Below, one piece after another: positions 63,374 to 64,000 of a DNA stretch of 64,000 nt. Source of the stretch: Felis catus (taxonomy: Eukaryota); contig NC_058368.1 of the NCBI RefSeq assembly GCF_018350175.1, positions 170,316,001 through 170,380,000 of the forward strand, read 5' to 3'. Position 1 is the first letter of the stretch. The number at the start of each line of letters is the position of its first letter. Below the pieces are notes generated by a model. That model had not been told where the DNA came from, ran no database searches, and worked only from the letters and a program-made list of their open reading frames with translations. The translations under genes and the position numbers were made by a program.

Positions 63374-63766
63374 TTGTTATGGACTGAATGTTTGTGTGTC
63401 TCACAAATTCATATATTAAGCCCCAGCCCTCAGTGTGGTGGTATCTGGAGGTGGGGACTTTAGGAGGGGATTAAGGTTAGATGATGTCATGCTGGTAGGG
63501 CTGTCATGATGAGATAAGTGCCCTCATAAGAAGAGACACTGAGGGAGCTTCCCCCATCTACCACCACCAGGTGGTGACATAGCAAGAAGGTGGCCATCTA
63601 CAAACCAAGAAGAGACCCCCTAACAGAGAGTTGTTACTAAAACTTGGTCATGCTGGCACCTTGATCTCAGACTTCCAGCCTCCAGAACTGTGAGGATGTA
63701 AAGTTCTGTTGTTTAAGCCCCCCAGTCGATGGTATTTTGTTTTGGCAGCCCAATCTGATTAAAACA
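63374..63766 (+). mobile_element. MLT1B-type MaLR LTR
   Basis: gttatggactgaatgtttgtgt...cagacttccagcctccagaactgtgag...gcagcccaatctgattaaaaca. Confidence 0.88.
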
Positions 63767-64000
63767 AACTTAGGCTTTGGAATAGTTGTCTCCAAATTTC
63801 GATACTCTAAAGCTCACTAAAAAACTCAGGAACTTAACTAAACATGGATTGAAAAATGACCAGCAAACTTGAAAGTGTGGTCACCTCCTGAGATAGAAAT
63901 TAAGCATGAGAGGGCAAATGCTCTCATTTTGTTCAATATATTTTGTATACTGTCCAAATATTTGAGTATTTTACAGTTAATGTACTTATGTAATTCTAAA

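Noticed and set aside
1..64000. CRISPR array or prokaryotic systems
   Set aside because: Mammalian sequence; no regularly spaced repeat-spacer structure.

Overview
AT-rich, repeat-dense mammalian DNA, almost certainly from a felid, judging by many SINEC_Fc-type CAN-SINEs and L1_Fc-type 3' ends. I see no intact protein-coding gene, RNA gene or CRISPR array, and most listed ORFs are repeat-derived. The main discovery is a decayed multi-exon gene on the minus strand (~63240 to ~31100), reconstructed by hand from AG/GT-bounded segments. In order it encodes a candidate signal peptide, an ectodomain with an RVKR furin-type site, a single transmembrane segment, and remnants of tyrosine-kinase-like subdomains I-XI. 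It looks like a unitary pseudogene of a receptor tyrosine kinase or pseudokinase that I cannot match to a known mammalian RTK. One of its introns holds an antisense processed pseudogene of DDX4 (Vasa). The window also has three 5'-inverted (twin-primed) L1s, a ~125-bp templated copy of local DNA inside an L1, a target site present three times, a poly(A)-tailed retrocopy of an LTR R region, a cluster of three solo LTRs and ERVL internal remnants. All homology calls are from memory of consensus motifs, not from database searches.
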